A stretch of 64,000 bases of DNA. Source: Candidatus Omnitrophota bacterium (GTDB lineage Bacteria > Omnitrophota > Gorgyraeia > 2-02-FULL-51-18). Location of the stretch: contig CAMDWQ010000003.1 of assembly GCA_945877765.1 (NCBI GenBank), positions 52,168 through 116,167 on the forward strand, in the 5' to 3' direction. Below are positions 48,984 through 59,160 of this stretch, one piece after another (position 1 is the stretch's first letter; the number at the start of each line of letters is the position of its first letter). Made by a program: the position numbers and the translations under genes. The notes under the pieces were generated by a model. It was not told the DNA's origin, did no database searches, and saw only the letters and a program-made list of their open reading frames with translations.

Positions 48984-49652
48984 TTAAGACCATTCACGAG
49001 TGACTAAATTCCACACGCGATCCGCAATGCCGGCAATCTTGTCATCGTGCGTCACCATGACGAGCGTCTTTTTTTCTTCTTGAAACAGTTTTCTCAAAAG
49101 CTCAGTGATCTCTTGAGCCATGTTCGGATCCAGATTACCCGTTGGCTCATCACAAAACAAAATCTTGGGGTCATTCATTAACGACCGAGCAATCGCCACC
49201 CGCTGCTGCTCGCCCCCCGACAATTCTCCGGGAAAATGAGTCGTCCGCTGCCCGAGCCCCATCCGGTCCAACAGAAGCTCTGCCCGCTTCTTTGCCTTAC
49301 CGCCGTCTCTTGTTTTACCGGCTATCCATGCTGGCAACATCACGTTTTCCAGCGCCGTAAACTCAGGCAAAAGGTGATAAAACTGAAACACAAAACCAAC
49401 ATTGCGGTTAATCCAAAGAGCCCTATCGGTTTCACCGAGTAAGCTCAGCTCAATGCCTTCCAACTTCACGCGTCCCTGCGAGGGCCGATCCAACCCTGAA
49501 AGTAAATTCAAAAGTGTTGTTTTCCCCGACCCTGAAGGACCCAAAATAGCCACCGCTTCACCGATTTTCACCGAAAAAGAGACGTCTTTTAAGATCGTCA
49601 ACTGCCTGTCACCATCCCAGTATACCTTGCCCAGACCTGACGCTTCAATCAT
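48984..49652 (-). CDS. lolD: Lipoprotein-releasing system ATP-binding protein LolD
   Basis: [11 protein letters not shown] Walker [16 protein letters not shown] signature; immediately follows the lolC/E permease. Confidence 0.8.
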   Translation of the reverse strand: MIEASGLGKVYWDGDRQLTILKDVSFSVKIGEAVAILGPSGSGKTTLLNLLSGLDRPSQGRVKLEGIELSLLGETDRALWINRNVGFVFQFYHLLPEFTALENVMLPAWIAGKTRDGGKAKKRAELLLDRMGLGQRTTHFPGELSGGEQQRVAIARSLMNDPKILFCDEPTGNLDPNMAQEITELLRKLFQEEKKTLVMVTHDDKIAGIADRVWNLVTREWS

Positions 49653-49669
49653 TGTTTAGCTCGAAGCAT

Positions 49670-50851
49670 CTATTCGTACCGCAACGCCTTGACTGGATCA
49701 AGTCTTCCCGCCACAAATGCCGGATAAAAAGCAGACACAAAACTTAAAACCACGGCAACCGCGATCACCCAAAGCGTATCCGATGGGTTCATTTTGACGG
49801 GGAGCCTATCGATATAATAAATTTCCCTGGGCAGCTCAACAAACGAGTATTTTTTTAAAATCCAGCAAACGCCGGTACCCGCCAGCAAGCCGCTCCCCGC
49901 ACCCAGAAGCCCCAGCACAAGCCCATCCATTGCAAAAATTTTAACAAGGCTAATTGGCGGCGCCCCCAGCGCTCTCAAAACACCAATATCCTTGGTCTTG
50001 TCCATCACCAGAATTGTGAGGCTTCCGGCGATGTTTAGACTAGCGACAAGAATAATTAAAGCCAAAATTAAAAACATCACCGTCTTTTCAAGCTTTAGCG
50101 CCGAAAAGAGCGTGCGATTCATATCCATCCAAGTGCGTACCTGGTAAGGATAACCAAAAAATCCGCGGATTCTTTTTTTTGCCTCTTCGGCATGATCCGC
50201 ATCTTTCAAATAAACCGAAAGGCCGCTCACCTGGCCGGTCCTATTAAAAAATTTCTGCGCGTTGGGCAAATTGATAAAAATAAGATTGGAGTCGTATTCG
50301 TACATCCCGGTAGTAAAAATCCCCTCAACGACCAGAGGTACCGGCTTGTCCATCGTCTGCGTTGCCAGCCGCACCTTCGAACCTATTCGCAGACCCGCGC
50401 TGTGCGCTAATTCGGAGCCAATCACCACGCCATCCGCTTTTTCTGAGAGAGTGCCTTCTTTGACGTACTGATAAAACCGGGAAACTTTTCTTTCTCGGGC
50501 AGTATCAATCCCGCGCACCATGACGCCTGTCCCCCATTCACCCGATTGAAAAAGCGCTTGCCCTTCTACGTAGGGCGCAATGCCGGCCGCAATCCCAGCT
50601 TTTTCAAGCTGCTGCGTCACCGCGGCGGCTTCGCGGAACTCTCCCTCTTTTTCAATCACCAGATGAGCGCGAAGCCCAATGATACGCTCTTTCATATCCT
50701 GATCAAAACCATTCATCACCGCTAACACCACAATCAACGCTGCCACGCCCACCGCGATCCCAATTACCGAGATCGTGCTCACGACTCCCACAAAAGGATG
50801 CCTGCGCTTCGACCAAAGATAGCGCTTGGCCACCAACCACTCAAAACTCAT
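49670..50851 (-). CDS. lolC: Lipoprotein-releasing system permease LolC/LolE (FtsX/MacB-type)
   Basis: FtsX-like 4-TM topology with a large periplasmic loop; RYLWSKRRHPFVGVVSTISVIGIAVGVAALIVVLAVMNGF. Confidence 0.8.
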   Translation of the reverse strand: MSFEWLVAKRYLWSKRRHPFVGVVSTISVIGIAVGVAALIVVLAVMNGFDQDMKERIIGLRAHLVIEKEGEFREAAAVTQQLEKAGIAAGIAPYVEGQALFQSGEWGTGVMVRGIDTARERKVSRFYQYVKEGTLSEKADGVVIGSELAHSAGLRIGSKVRLATQTMDKPVPLVVEGIFTTGMYEYDSNLIFINLPNAQKFFNRTGQVSGLSVYLKDADHAEEAKKRIRGFFGYPYQVRTWMDMNRTLFSALKLEKTVMFLILALIILVASLNIAGSLTILVMDKTKDIGVLRALGAPPISLVKIFAMDGLVLGLLGAGSGLLAGTGVCWILKKYSFVELPREIYYIDRLPVKMNPSDTLWVIAVAVVLSFVSAFYPAFVAGRLDPVKALRYE

Positions 50852-52311
50852 TCTTTTTGCGCCTTCATCTGCGGGAACAAAATCACCTCACGAATCGACG
50901 GCTGGTTGGTCAACACCATCACCAGGCGGTCAATGCCTATACCCAACCCCCCGGCCGGAGGCATGCCATGCTCTAAGGCTAAGATAAAATCCTCATCAAT
51001 CGTATTCGAGGACGCTTCCTTGCCCTTGTCCTTTAATTCTTCTTCAAAGCGGAGCTTTTGCTCGATGGGATTATTTTGCTCCGAATAGCCGTTGGCCAGT
51101 TCCATGCCTCCGATATAGAGCTCAAACCGTTCACTTAAAGAAGGATTGTTCGGGTTACGGCGCGCCAGCGGTGAAAGTTCGGCAAAATAGTCCGTCACAA
51201 ATACCGGGCGAATCACACCGGCTTCTTTGGAGGAAGCGGGGTCCAAAAGATCCGCGACAAGATTAATAATCTGAGTCCGCGAAAGGTTTTTGCCCTCCAC
51301 CTTGACGCCTTTATGCTTCAGCTTCTCAATCCACACCTCGGTGTCGTCCTCGGGGCCTATATCGAATGATTCTTTCATGAGCCCAGCAAAAGATACTCTT
51401 TCCCAATGAGAAAGATCGAGAGTTTTTTCGCCGTAAGGTACTTGGAGCGTCCCAAGGACTTGTTGCGCCGTCTCTTTGATTAATCGTTCGGTAAGATCCA
51501 TCACGTCGTTGACGTCATGATAAGCCGTATAAACTTCAATCATTGTAAATTCAGGATTGTGCCGCGTAGAAATACCTTCATTGCGGAAACTTTTATTGAT
51601 CTCGTAGACTTTATCAAAACCGCCAACGAGAAGTTTTTTTAAATAAAGTTCGGGTGCCACCCGTAAAAATAAATCCATCCCCAGCGCTTCGTGGTGTGTC
51701 TTAAACGGCTTTCCCGCGGCACCCCCGGGAATCGAATGCATCATTGGCGTCTCCACTTCCAGATAATCCAGCTCATCGAGAATGCGGCGGATGGAGCGAA
51801 TGATCTGGGAGCGTTTGATAAAAATGCCTTTGGCTTCTTCGTTGGAAATTAAATCCAGGTAACGCTGGCGATACCGCACCTCGGTATCCTTAAGGCCATG
51901 CCATTTTTCCGGCATCGGACGCAAGCTTTTGGCGAGCATGGCAAACGACTGAACACGTATCGTGATTTCACCAGTTTTTGTTTTAAAAAGCTCTCCCTCA
52001 ATCCCGACGATATCCCCGATATCAGTCTGTTCAAAAAGCTTCCAGCCGTCCTCGCCGAGATTTTCGCGTTTGATATAGAGCTGAATACGGCCTGTTTCGT
52101 CTCTTAAATCACAAAAAATTGTTTTTCCCATGAGGCGGATAGAGGCTAGGCGGCCAGCGGTGCGAGTTTTTTTATTTTCCTCAAAAGCGCTGACAATAGC
52201 GGCAATCATACCATCTTTGAGAAATCTCCCGCCAAAAGGATAGACTCCCAAAGCCTCGATAGCCTGGAATTTTTTAAAACGCTCTTTGAGTAAATCGTTG
52301 GGTTCATTCAT
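50848..52311 (-). CDS. lysS: Lysyl-tRNA synthetase (class II)
   Basis: OB-fold N-terminal domain plus class II motifs (FRNEGISTRHNPEFTMIE, GGLGIGIDRLVM). Confidence 0.9.
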   Translation of the reverse strand: MNEPNDLLKERFKKFQAIEALGVYPFGGRFLKDGMIAAIVSAFEENKKTRTAGRLASIRLMGKTIFCDLRDETGRIQLYIKRENLGEDGWKLFEQTDIGDIVGIEGELFKTKTGEITIRVQSFAMLAKSLRPMPEKWHGLKDTEVRYRQRYLDLISNEEAKGIFIKRSQIIRSIRRILDELDYLEVETPMMHSIPGGAAGKPFKTHHEALGMDLFLRVAPELYLKKLLVGGFDKVYEINKSFRNEGISTRHNPEFTMIEVYTAYHDVNDVMDLTERLIKETAQQVLGTLQVPYGEKTLDLSHWERVSFAGLMKESFDIGPEDDTEVWIEKLKHKGVKVEGKNLSRTQIINLVADLLDPASSKEAGVIRPVFVTDYFAELSPLARRNPNNPSLSERFELYIGGMELANGYSEQNNPIEQKLRFEEELKDKGKEASSNTIDEDFILALEHGMPPAGGLGIGIDRLVMVLTNQPSIREVILFPQMKAQKE

Positions 52312-52380
52312 CGCGGCATCACCGATTTTTTTCCATAACCCATTGGTTTTAAATTTGTTATGGAATAAAGTTAAGAAATT

Positions 52381-52409
52381 ATTATAAATGGCTCTTCGGG
52401 GGATGTCTA
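52381..52409 (-). promoter_or_regulatory. Putative sigma70 promoter of lysS (TAGACA, 17 nt, TATAAT), followed by a leader hairpin (52331..52365)
   Basis: Minus-strand reading: TAGACA tcccccgaagagccatt TATAAT, ~63 nt upstream of the lysS ATG. A perfect 9-bp inverted repeat ttccataac/gttatggaa lies in the leader. Confidence 0.45.
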
Positions 52410-52435
52410 TTAATTAATTAAGCGGATTTAAACTT

Positions 52436-53986
52436 TTATAACCGAGAATAGCGGTTTGGCTTGTTGGCCTGGCGCCAGGAAAACCAAAGTAGAGCCGCGC
52501 ATACAAGAAGAAACCAGTCCCCAAGCAGGCGGTACAAAGAAGTGCTTTTGCGCAAAAAAATGCCTTGTGTCTGGTGACCCGTCACCATGATCTCCTTGCC
52601 TCGGTCATTCACCGACCCGACCACTTCGCCGCTGGCGGAAATAAAACAAGAAAAACCTGTATTGGCCGAGCGAATGACCGGCACACGGTTTTCCACCGCC
52701 CGGAAAACGGAAGCTTGGGCGTGCTGGTAAGGAGCGGCTGTGTTCCCAAACCAAGCATCGTTGGTGACGTTGACCAAAAAGTCAGCGCCTTTTTTGACAA
52801 AATCACGTACCAGGCTAGGAAACATGTCCTCATAGCATATCAACACCCCAAAACGGGCTGTCAGATAATTTTGAGGAGCTCTAGGCTTTAGCACAAAAAT
52901 TGATTTCTCCTGTCCGGGAGAAAAGCGGCCAATCACCACCAGGTGGCGGATAAAACCTAATAGGGGTTCGAAAGGCAAAAACTCGCCGAAAGGCACAAGG
53001 TGTGTTTTGCTGTAGCGCTGGCTTTCTTCTCCGCTGGGACTAAAGAGGATCGTGCTGTTATATGAGCGAAGCCCCTCCTCCAGCCCGCCCAGCGTCGGGA
53101 CGCCGACGAGTGTCGGTGTATTTGCACGCCGTATCGTGCTGCGAAGGTGCGCCGCCATGACCGGCTCGTCCTCAAAAAAACCAGGAAAAGATGTCTCGGG
53201 CCAGACAATCAGATCCGATGCTTCATTGGCAGACATCAACGTCAGGCGTTTGTATTTTTCAAAAATAATACCGCGAACCTTCGCATCCCATTTTTGATCC
53301 TGAGGAATATTCCCCTGCAAAACAGAGACGCGAAGTGACGGCTTTAAATCGCGCGGTTCCCATTCCTTCATTTTTAGAAAACCATACAAATAAACTACAG
53401 CAAGAACTGCTGCGGCCGCGTACAGGCAACCAAGCGCAATTTTTTTGTAACTCAAAAACTGATAAAAAAGAACGTTTAAAAAAAGAAGCAAAAAAGAAAC
53501 TCCCCATACGCCCGCAACATCCGCGACCTGGATAAATAGTACGTTTTTCCATTGGCTATAACCCAAAAGCGCCCACGGAAGTCCGCTAAACAACCAACCC
53601 CGAACCCACTCCAACAAAACCCATAAAGCCGCCATCGTCAACGCCGCGCGCACCGGTCCCGCTTCCAAACCGCGCGACTTTTTTGAAAAAAACTGCGCAG
53701 AATAAAAACCAAACAAAGCAAAATAAAGACTTAAGTAAATGACCAGGAGAATAAAAGCAAAAATATTAACGTAATTAAGCCAATACATAGTGATGGCAAA
53801 AAAAAGAATGCCCAGCACCAATGATTGAAAAACCACCCTCCCCCGGCTTTTGTTCTCCAGGGAAAAAAAATAAGGGATGAAGGCAAAGAAGGAGAGAGGC
53901 CACAGGAAACTAAAGTGGTAGGGTAGCGCTAGAAGCAGCGCCGAAACGACGACTGCCGCAAAATCACGGATTACTGGCCGTGACAT
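52436..53986 (-). CDS. lnt: Apolipoprotein N-acyltransferase
   Basis: N-terminal multi-TM region plus C-terminal CN-hydrolase domain (VICYE ... catalytic Cys context). Confidence 0.85.
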   Translation of the reverse strand: MSRPVIRDFAAVVVSALLLALPYHFSFLWPLSFFAFIPYFFSLENKSRGRVVFQSLVLGILFFAITMYWLNYVNIFAFILLVIYLSLYFALFGFYSAQFFSKKSRGLEAGPVRAALTMAALWVLLEWVRGWLFSGLPWALLGYSQWKNVLFIQVADVAGVWGVSFLLLFLNVLFYQFLSYKKIALGCLYAAAAVLAVVYLYGFLKMKEWEPRDLKPSLRVSVLQGNIPQDQKWDAKVRGIIFEKYKRLTLMSANEASDLIVWPETSFPGFFEDEPVMAAHLRSTIRRANTPTLVGVPTLGGLEEGLRSYNSTILFSPSGEESQRYSKTHLVPFGEFLPFEPLLGFIRHLVVIGRFSPGQEKSIFVLKPRAPQNYLTARFGVLICYEDMFPSLVRDFVKKGADFLVNVTNDAWFGNTAAPYQHAQASVFRAVENRVPVIRSANTGFSCFISASGEVVGSVNDRGKEIMVTGHQTQGIFLRKSTSLYRLLGDWFLLVCAALLWFSWRQANKPNRYSRL

Positions 53987-56532
53987 TTTTTGTATTTCTT
54001 GCTACTCCCACATGGACAAGGATCATTTCGACCTACTTTTTCATCGGCGGGCACTGTTCTCGCGGAAACCGGAGCAGGCGCCGGCATGGTGCTGCTCTCA
54101 TCGTCTGGCGCGGATACTCTTTTTAAAATAGAACCCGCTTCCGGGTGTAAAAATTGAAGGGGTGCCGTTTTTTTCTCTTTAGGCTCTTCCTTTAATTTCT
54201 CAGGATCCATTGCCTGCATGCGAAAAATAAATGACAAGGCCTCTTCCTTGATCGTGTCCACAAGAGTCTGAAAACCTCCGAAGGCTTCCCGCTTGTATTC
54301 AACCAACGGGTCTTTTTGGCCGTAGGCTCGCAGGCCAATTCCCTCACGTAAATTATCCATTACCCGCAAATGATCTTTCCATTTATTATCGACAATATCT
54401 AAAAGTATCATTCGTTCTAAATGTCTCAAAGATTCAGCGCCAATCTCATTTTCTTTTTGCTCATAAGCTGCCTTCGCTCGTGAAATCACCGCCTCGGTAA
54501 GGACGCTTCCTGTATCCGATTCCAACCCCTCCAAAGAAATCGGCAGCACTTTTCGCACTGTCTCTGAAAGAGTTTGGAAATAACCCTCTTCGGAGGCTGG
54601 AACGCTTTCCACCAGCACCGACGCAATCTCGTCGATCATGCTCAGGTAGTGCTCTTTAAGATTTTCACCTTCGAGTACTTTTTTACGCTCAGCATAAATG
54701 ACTTCGCGCTGGCGGTTCATGACGTTGTCATATTCCAGAAGCTGCTTACGAATATCAAAATTGCGGCCTTCGACGCGTGTCTGCGCATTTTCAATAGCTC
54801 CGGAAATAAAAGGATGCTCGATTTCCTGCCCCTCTTCCATGCCGAGTTTTTGCATAAGACCCCCAATACGGTCCGATCCAAAAATTCTCAGCAAGTCGTC
54901 TTCCATTGAAAGATAAAAACGAGAAGATCCGGGGTCTCCCTGGCGGCCCGAACGTCCACGCAGCTGATTGTCGATGCGCCGCGCTTCATGGCGCTCCGTC
55001 CCGATCACATGCAACCCGCCAACCGCCTGCACCCCTTCGCCTAAAACAATATCCGTTCCGCGGCCGGCCATATTGGTTGCAATCGTGACGGCGGCAGACT
55101 GGCCAGCTTGCTTGATGATTTCAGCTTCCATTTCGTGGTATTTGGCGTTGAGCACTTTGTGCAGCACATTGGCACGGCGTAAAAGCGAAGATAGGCGCTC
55201 TGATTTTTCAATGGAAACCGTCCCCACAAGAACCGGCTGTGCCTGTTTATGACACTCGATAATCTCCTGGACCACCGCATCAAATTTTTCCCGCTCCGTG
55301 CGGTAGATGCGATCAGGGTAATTTTTGCGGATCATAGGGCGGTTGGTGGGGACAGAAACAACGTTGAGTTTATAAATCGTAAAAAATTCCTGCATTTCAG
55401 TAAGCGCAGTTCCGGTCATCCCCGCCAGCTTCGAATACATGCGAAAATAATTTTGGAATGTCACCGTCGCCAGCGTCTGATTCTCTTCCTCGACTTTCAC
55501 TTTTTCTTTGGCTTCAAGTGCCTGGTGAAGGCCATCGGAGAAACGGCGTCCCGGCATGAGACGTCCGGTGAATTCATCGACAATGAGCACTTCTCCGTCC
55601 TTGACGACATAATCCACATCAATTTTAAAAATGGCATGCGCACGAAGCGCTTGATTGACGTGATGAACCAATTCCACATTGGAGGGGTCATAAAGATTTT
55701 CAACGTTGAGAAGTTTTTCGATCTTGATATTTCCCTTTTCGGTCAGCGCCACCGAGCGCGTTTTTTCCTCGATTTCAAAATCCTCACCTTTGACAAGATT
55801 GGGGATAATTTTATCGATGGAATAATATTTATCGGTCGATTCATCGCTGGGGCCGGAAATAATCAGAGGGGTGCGGGCTTCGTCAATCAAAATGCTGTCC
55901 ACTTCATCGACGATAGCATAGTTTAGCTCACGCTGGACACGCTGTCCGATACGACGCACCATGTTGTCGCGCAGAAAATCAAAACCAAATTCGTTGTTGG
56001 TGCCATAAGTGACGTCGGAATTGTAGGCTTTCTGCCTGTCGGTTGGGCTTGAGTTGTGCTGGACAACTCCGATGGTAAGCCCCAAAAACTCATACACGGG
56101 CCCCATCCATTCGCGGTCGCGGCGCGCCAGGTAATCATTGACGGTGACGACATGCACGCCCTTGCCGGTGAGCGCATTCAAATACACGGGAAGCGTTGCC
56201 ACGAGAGTTTTTCCCTCACCGGTGCCCATTTCAGAAATCTTTCCTTCATGCAGCACCACGCCGCCCATCATCTGGACGTCAAAATGGCGCATTTTCAAAA
56301 CACGCGTGGAGGCTTCACGTACCACCGCAAAAGCTTCAGGTAAAATTTGATTTAGCGTCTTGCCATTTTTTAAAAGATCGCGGAAATAGTCTGTCTTGGC
56401 TTTCAGCTGGTCATCCGAAAGTTTGGAGATTTCGGGTTCAAACGTATTGATTTTTTCAACCGTAGGGCGTACCCGCTTGAGGATGCGCTCATTTTCCGTA
56501 CCAAAAATTTTTTTTAAGACCCAGCCGATCAT
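53971..56532 (-). CDS. secA: Preprotein translocase ATPase SecA (with C-terminal Zn-binding [14 protein letters not shown])
   Basis: [20 protein letters not shown] ... DEAD-like motor motifs ... C-terminal Zn finger. Confidence 0.95.
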   Translation of the reverse strand: MIGWVLKKIFGTENERILKRVRPTVEKINTFEPEISKLSDDQLKAKTDYFRDLLKNGKTLNQILPEAFAVVREASTRVLKMRHFDVQMMGGVVLHEGKISEMGTGEGKTLVATLPVYLNALTGKGVHVVTVNDYLARRDREWMGPVYEFLGLTIGVVQHNSSPTDRQKAYNSDVTYGTNNEFGFDFLRDNMVRRIGQRVQRELNYAIVDEVDSILIDEARTPLIISGPSDESTDKYYSIDKIIPNLVKGEDFEIEEKTRSVALTEKGNIKIEKLLNVENLYDPSNVELVHHVNQALRAHAIFKIDVDYVVKDGEVLIVDEFTGRLMPGRRFSDGLHQALEAKEKVKVEEENQTLATVTFQNYFRMYSKLAGMTGTALTEMQEFFTIYKLNVVSVPTNRPMIRKNYPDRIYRTEREKFDAVVQEIIECHKQAQPVLVGTVSIEKSERLSSLLRRANVLHKVLNAKYHEMEAEIIKQAGQSAAVTIATNMAGRGTDIVLGEGVQAVGGLHVIGTERHEARRIDNQLRGRSGRQGDPGSSRFYLSMEDDLLRIFGSDRIGGLMQKLGMEEGQEIEHPFISGAIENAQTRVEGRNFDIRKQLLEYDNVMNRQREVIYAERKKVLEGENLKEHYLSMIDEIASVLVESVPASEEGYFQTLSETVRKVLPISLEGLESDTGSVLTEAVISRAKAAYEQKENEIGAESLRHLERMILLDIVDNKWKDHLRVMDNLREGIGLRAYGQKDPLVEYKREAFGGFQTLVDTIKEEALSFIFRMQAMDPEKLKEEPKEKKTAPLQFLHPEAGSILKRVSAPDDESSTMPAPAPVSARTVPADEKVGRNDPCPCGSSKKYKKCHGQ

Positions 56533-56547
56533 CGATTTTTTCCTTTT

Positions 56548-57646
56548 TTACTCTCCACCCAGACTTCTTAAGTAGGCCTCAATCAATCCTTCTAAATCGC
56601 CGTCCAATACTCCCGCGGTGTCCGACGTTTCATAATCGGTCCGGTGATCCTTCACCATCTGATACGGGTGCAGGACGTAGGAGCGAATTTGACTGCCCCA
56701 GGAAATTTCCTGTTTTTCGCCGTAACTTTTCTTCTGCTCCGCCGCGCGCTTGGCCATTTCCTTGTCATACAAGCGGCTTTTAAGCACCTTCATCGCCGTC
56801 GCACGATTTTTAATCTGCGAGCGCTCGTTTTGACACTGGACAACCAATCCGCTGGGCATATGCGTAATGCGTACGGCCGAATCCGTGGTGTTGACTCCTT
56901 GCCCGCCCTTGCCGCCCGACCGAAACACATCAACGCGGATATCGATTTCCTTCACTTCAATATCAATGTCATCTTCCACTTCGGGAATGACTTCCACCGA
57001 GGCAAAAGAGGTATGCCGCCGCTTGTTGGAATCAAAAGGTGAAATACGTACCAACCGATGCACACCAATCTCAGACTTCAAATACCCGTACGCGTAATCC
57101 CCCTCAATCAAAAGCGTGACATTTTTCACGCCCGCTTCTTCACCCTGCAAAATATCAATCATCTCGACGCGGTACTTACGGTCCGTCGCCCATCGCGTGT
57201 AAAGCCTTAGCAGCATCGCCGCCCAATCGCAGGACTCCGTTCCACCCGCGCCTGAGTTGATACTCAAAATCACGCTATTTTTATCCAGCGGGCCGCTCAA
57301 CAATTTCTGAAATTCAAGCGTGCCAATCAACTTCGAAATTTTGTCCGTCTCAAGCTCTAGATGCTTCAGAGACTCTGCATCCTCTTCTTCGGTAATTTCA
57401 AGCATCCCCAAAAGATCTTTCAGGCCCGCGTCCAGCCTCAGATAAGACTCGGTCTGATTTTTTAGGCTTTTTAATTCCTGCATCACCCCGTTTTTTTTGT
57501 CAGGGTTGGACCAGAAATCAGGATTGGAGATTTCACCTTCCAGGGAAACAATGCGGTTTTTAAGTTTATCCACATCAAAGAAACCTCCCTAGGGCGCCCA
57601 TTTTCCCCTCGAGGTCTTTTAGCTTTTCCGTCAGGTCTTTTTTCAT
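56548..57646 (-). CDS. prfB: Peptide chain release factor 2, expressed via programmed +1 ribosomal frameshift (frame-0 ORF 57646..57575 ends at an in-frame UGA)
   Basis: Upstream frame-0 ORF: MKKDLTEKLKDLEGKMGALGRFL-stop. Slippery site: AGGGAGG uuu CUU UGA u. The +1 frame continues DVDKLKNRIV ... SPFDSNKRRHTSF ... GGQGVN (GGQ motif). Confidence 0.85.
57575..57590 (-). promoter_or_regulatory. RF2 autoregulatory +1 frameshift site (internal SD-like AGGGAGG followed by CUU UGA)
   Basis: Canonical CUU-UGA shift site, with an SD-like element 3 nt upstream, read directly from the sequence. Confidence 0.8.
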
Positions 57647-57708
57647 ATAGGGGTAAATTCTATCATCCTTGAATGGGATAGGAAACAGAAATCACTAAGC
57701 ATTTTCCT

Positions 57709-58329
57709 TCACTGGAGTTCCTCGAGCTTTCGCGAAATATAGGAGCGTATCTCTTTTTGTGGAATTCGCGCGATCCAGCGCCGCGCCTTTTTAAAACTAA
57801 AAGTCGTTGGGAAATGCAGTTCTGGAAAATACCCAAATTGCTTCTTTTTCCGGCTTGAGAGATAGAGGCAGTCTATGAGTGCTTTTTCAGGTTCCGCGAT
57901 CAAGAAACTTCCCTCACCTTTGTGCCAGTCAAAACCATCAAAAAACGACGGAGCTATTTGGTGAACAGAGAATACGCCGGATTGTGTGCGGAGAGTTTTT
58001 GTGTGAGAAAGCGAGGCTAAAGTGATTACCTGGGGTATCTGTTCCACAATCCCGTGCAAGTGAAGTGCCGTGACAAACGAGACGTAAACGCGCTGACGTG
58101 GGAACAGATAAGGAATGATTTCAAACGGAGAAAACTTTTTTTGGTCTGATGTTACCCACACACCGCGGGCTATCCTGAAGAGGAGGCCTTGTGTCGCTAA
58201 GCGGGACAGGCACTGCGTCACCGTGGAACGGGATTTTCCTGAGAGAGTTATCATCTCATGCGTCGTGAAAACAGGTCGCCCGAGCCTCTTTACAAACACC
58301 ATGATATTTCGGGGGGGAGTTGTTTTCAT
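57709..58329 (-). CDS. abiEi: AbiEi-family type IV toxin-antitoxin antitoxin / transcriptional regulator. The likely start is the Met at 58329; the ORF track extends it to 58380.
   Basis: N-terminal wHTH of the AbiEi_4 type (FTTHEMITLSGKSRSTVTQCLSRLATQGLLFRIARGVWV). Confidence 0.7.
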   Translation of the reverse strand: MKTTPPRNIMVFVKRLGRPVFTTHEMITLSGKSRSTVTQCLSRLATQGLLFRIARGVWVTSDQKKFSPFEIIPYLFPRQRVYVSFVTALHLHGIVEQIPQVITLASLSHTKTLRTQSGVFSVHQIAPSFFDGFDWHKGEGSFLIAEPEKALIDCLYLSSRKKKQFGYFPELHFPTTFSFKKARRWIARIPQKEIRSYISRKLEELQ

Positions 58330-59105
58330 GGCGCCAACTCTTCCAGAAAATGGGCCGTTTTGAGTTTGACCTCGTCCCATATTTCCGCCGAGGAATAGAT
58401 TTTTTGATCTTCGGCTCCAAGATAAGCCACGACACTGTCGCGGAACTGAGCAAACTCTACAAGGAAAATATTGTCATGAGCTGTGTTTAAAATGGTTTTG
58501 CTGACATTCACGTTTCCTTTTAGCGACTTCTCGTATTGGGTATCAAGCAGAAATAAATCAAATATATCGCGAGCCTGCAAAACAGATCGGCGCGCCAATG
58601 CCTGGATCTTTTGCTCTATGGCTGAAGGCGCATCATAATGGGGTACAAGCAAGGGAGTCATTTTATAAGAACGAAGAACCTCCGAGGACACCGGCTCGAT
58701 AACCGCGGATCCATTGGATCCCCGCCTAGAGAATTCGATTTTCGTAAAAAAATCATCCCCGCTTCGCGTCAAAAGATGGATCTTGAAGCGCTGGGTAGTG
58801 TCAGTCTGCTTGGCCTTTATAATGTCGGGCGGGACAACCTTTTCGATCCCAAAAGATTTGAGACTATCAGAAAATCCACGGGTTGAAAGAATATCCATGA
58901 CGGTTTTCTTGACCCTTTCGACTCCGACTTTTTGAATGTCCAGGTCCATGTCTTCAGAATAACGGATGCTTCGGAAGAAAAACCGTAAATTAACACCTCC
59001 CTTGAGGGCATAATCCCTCCCTTCAAGTTTCCTGCCAAACCAGCGCAGAAACTCGAGGTGAAAGACTTCTCTTATTTCAAGAAGGCTGTAGATTCTGGCA
59101 TCCAT
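58326..59105 (-). CDS. abiEii: AbiEii/AbiGii-family nucleotidyltransferase toxin (DUF1814)
   Basis: ALKGGVNLRFFFRSIRYSEDMDLDI, the hallmark KGG ... R ... SEDxDL nucleotidyltransferase motif of AbiEii. Confidence 0.75.
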   Translation of the reverse strand: MDARIYSLLEIREVFHLEFLRWFGRKLEGRDYALKGGVNLRFFFRSIRYSEDMDLDIQKVGVERVKKTVMDILSTRGFSDSLKSFGIEKVVPPDIIKAKQTDTTQRFKIHLLTRSGDDFFTKIEFSRRGSNGSAVIEPVSSEVLRSYKMTPLLVPHYDAPSAIEQKIQALARRSVLQARDIFDLFLLDTQYEKSLKGNVNVSKTILNTAHDNIFLVEFAQFRDSVVAYLGAEDQKIYSSAEIWDEVKLKTAHFLEELAP

Positions 59106-59112
59106 ATTATGT

Positions 59113-59141
59113 AGTATAATTCATTAATTAGTTAATTTCAA
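59113..59141 (-). promoter_or_regulatory. Strong sigma70-like promoter (TTGAAA, 17 nt, TATACT) whose -10 ends only ~8 nt before the abiEii ATG, giving a leaderless or near-leaderless transcript
   Basis: Minus-strand reading in the AT-rich 55-nt gap: TTGAAA ttaactaattaatgaat TATACT ataat ATG. Confidence 0.5.
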
Positions 59142-59160
59142 TACATAACTAATAAAATTA

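Noticed and set aside
52331-52365. Inverted repeat ttccataac...gttatggaa considered as the intrinsic terminator of lnt
   Set aside because: On the transcribed (minus) strand it is followed by A-rich rather than U-rich sequence and has a 17-nt loop. It lies downstream of the predicted lysS promoter, so it is more likely a 5'-leader hairpin than a terminator.
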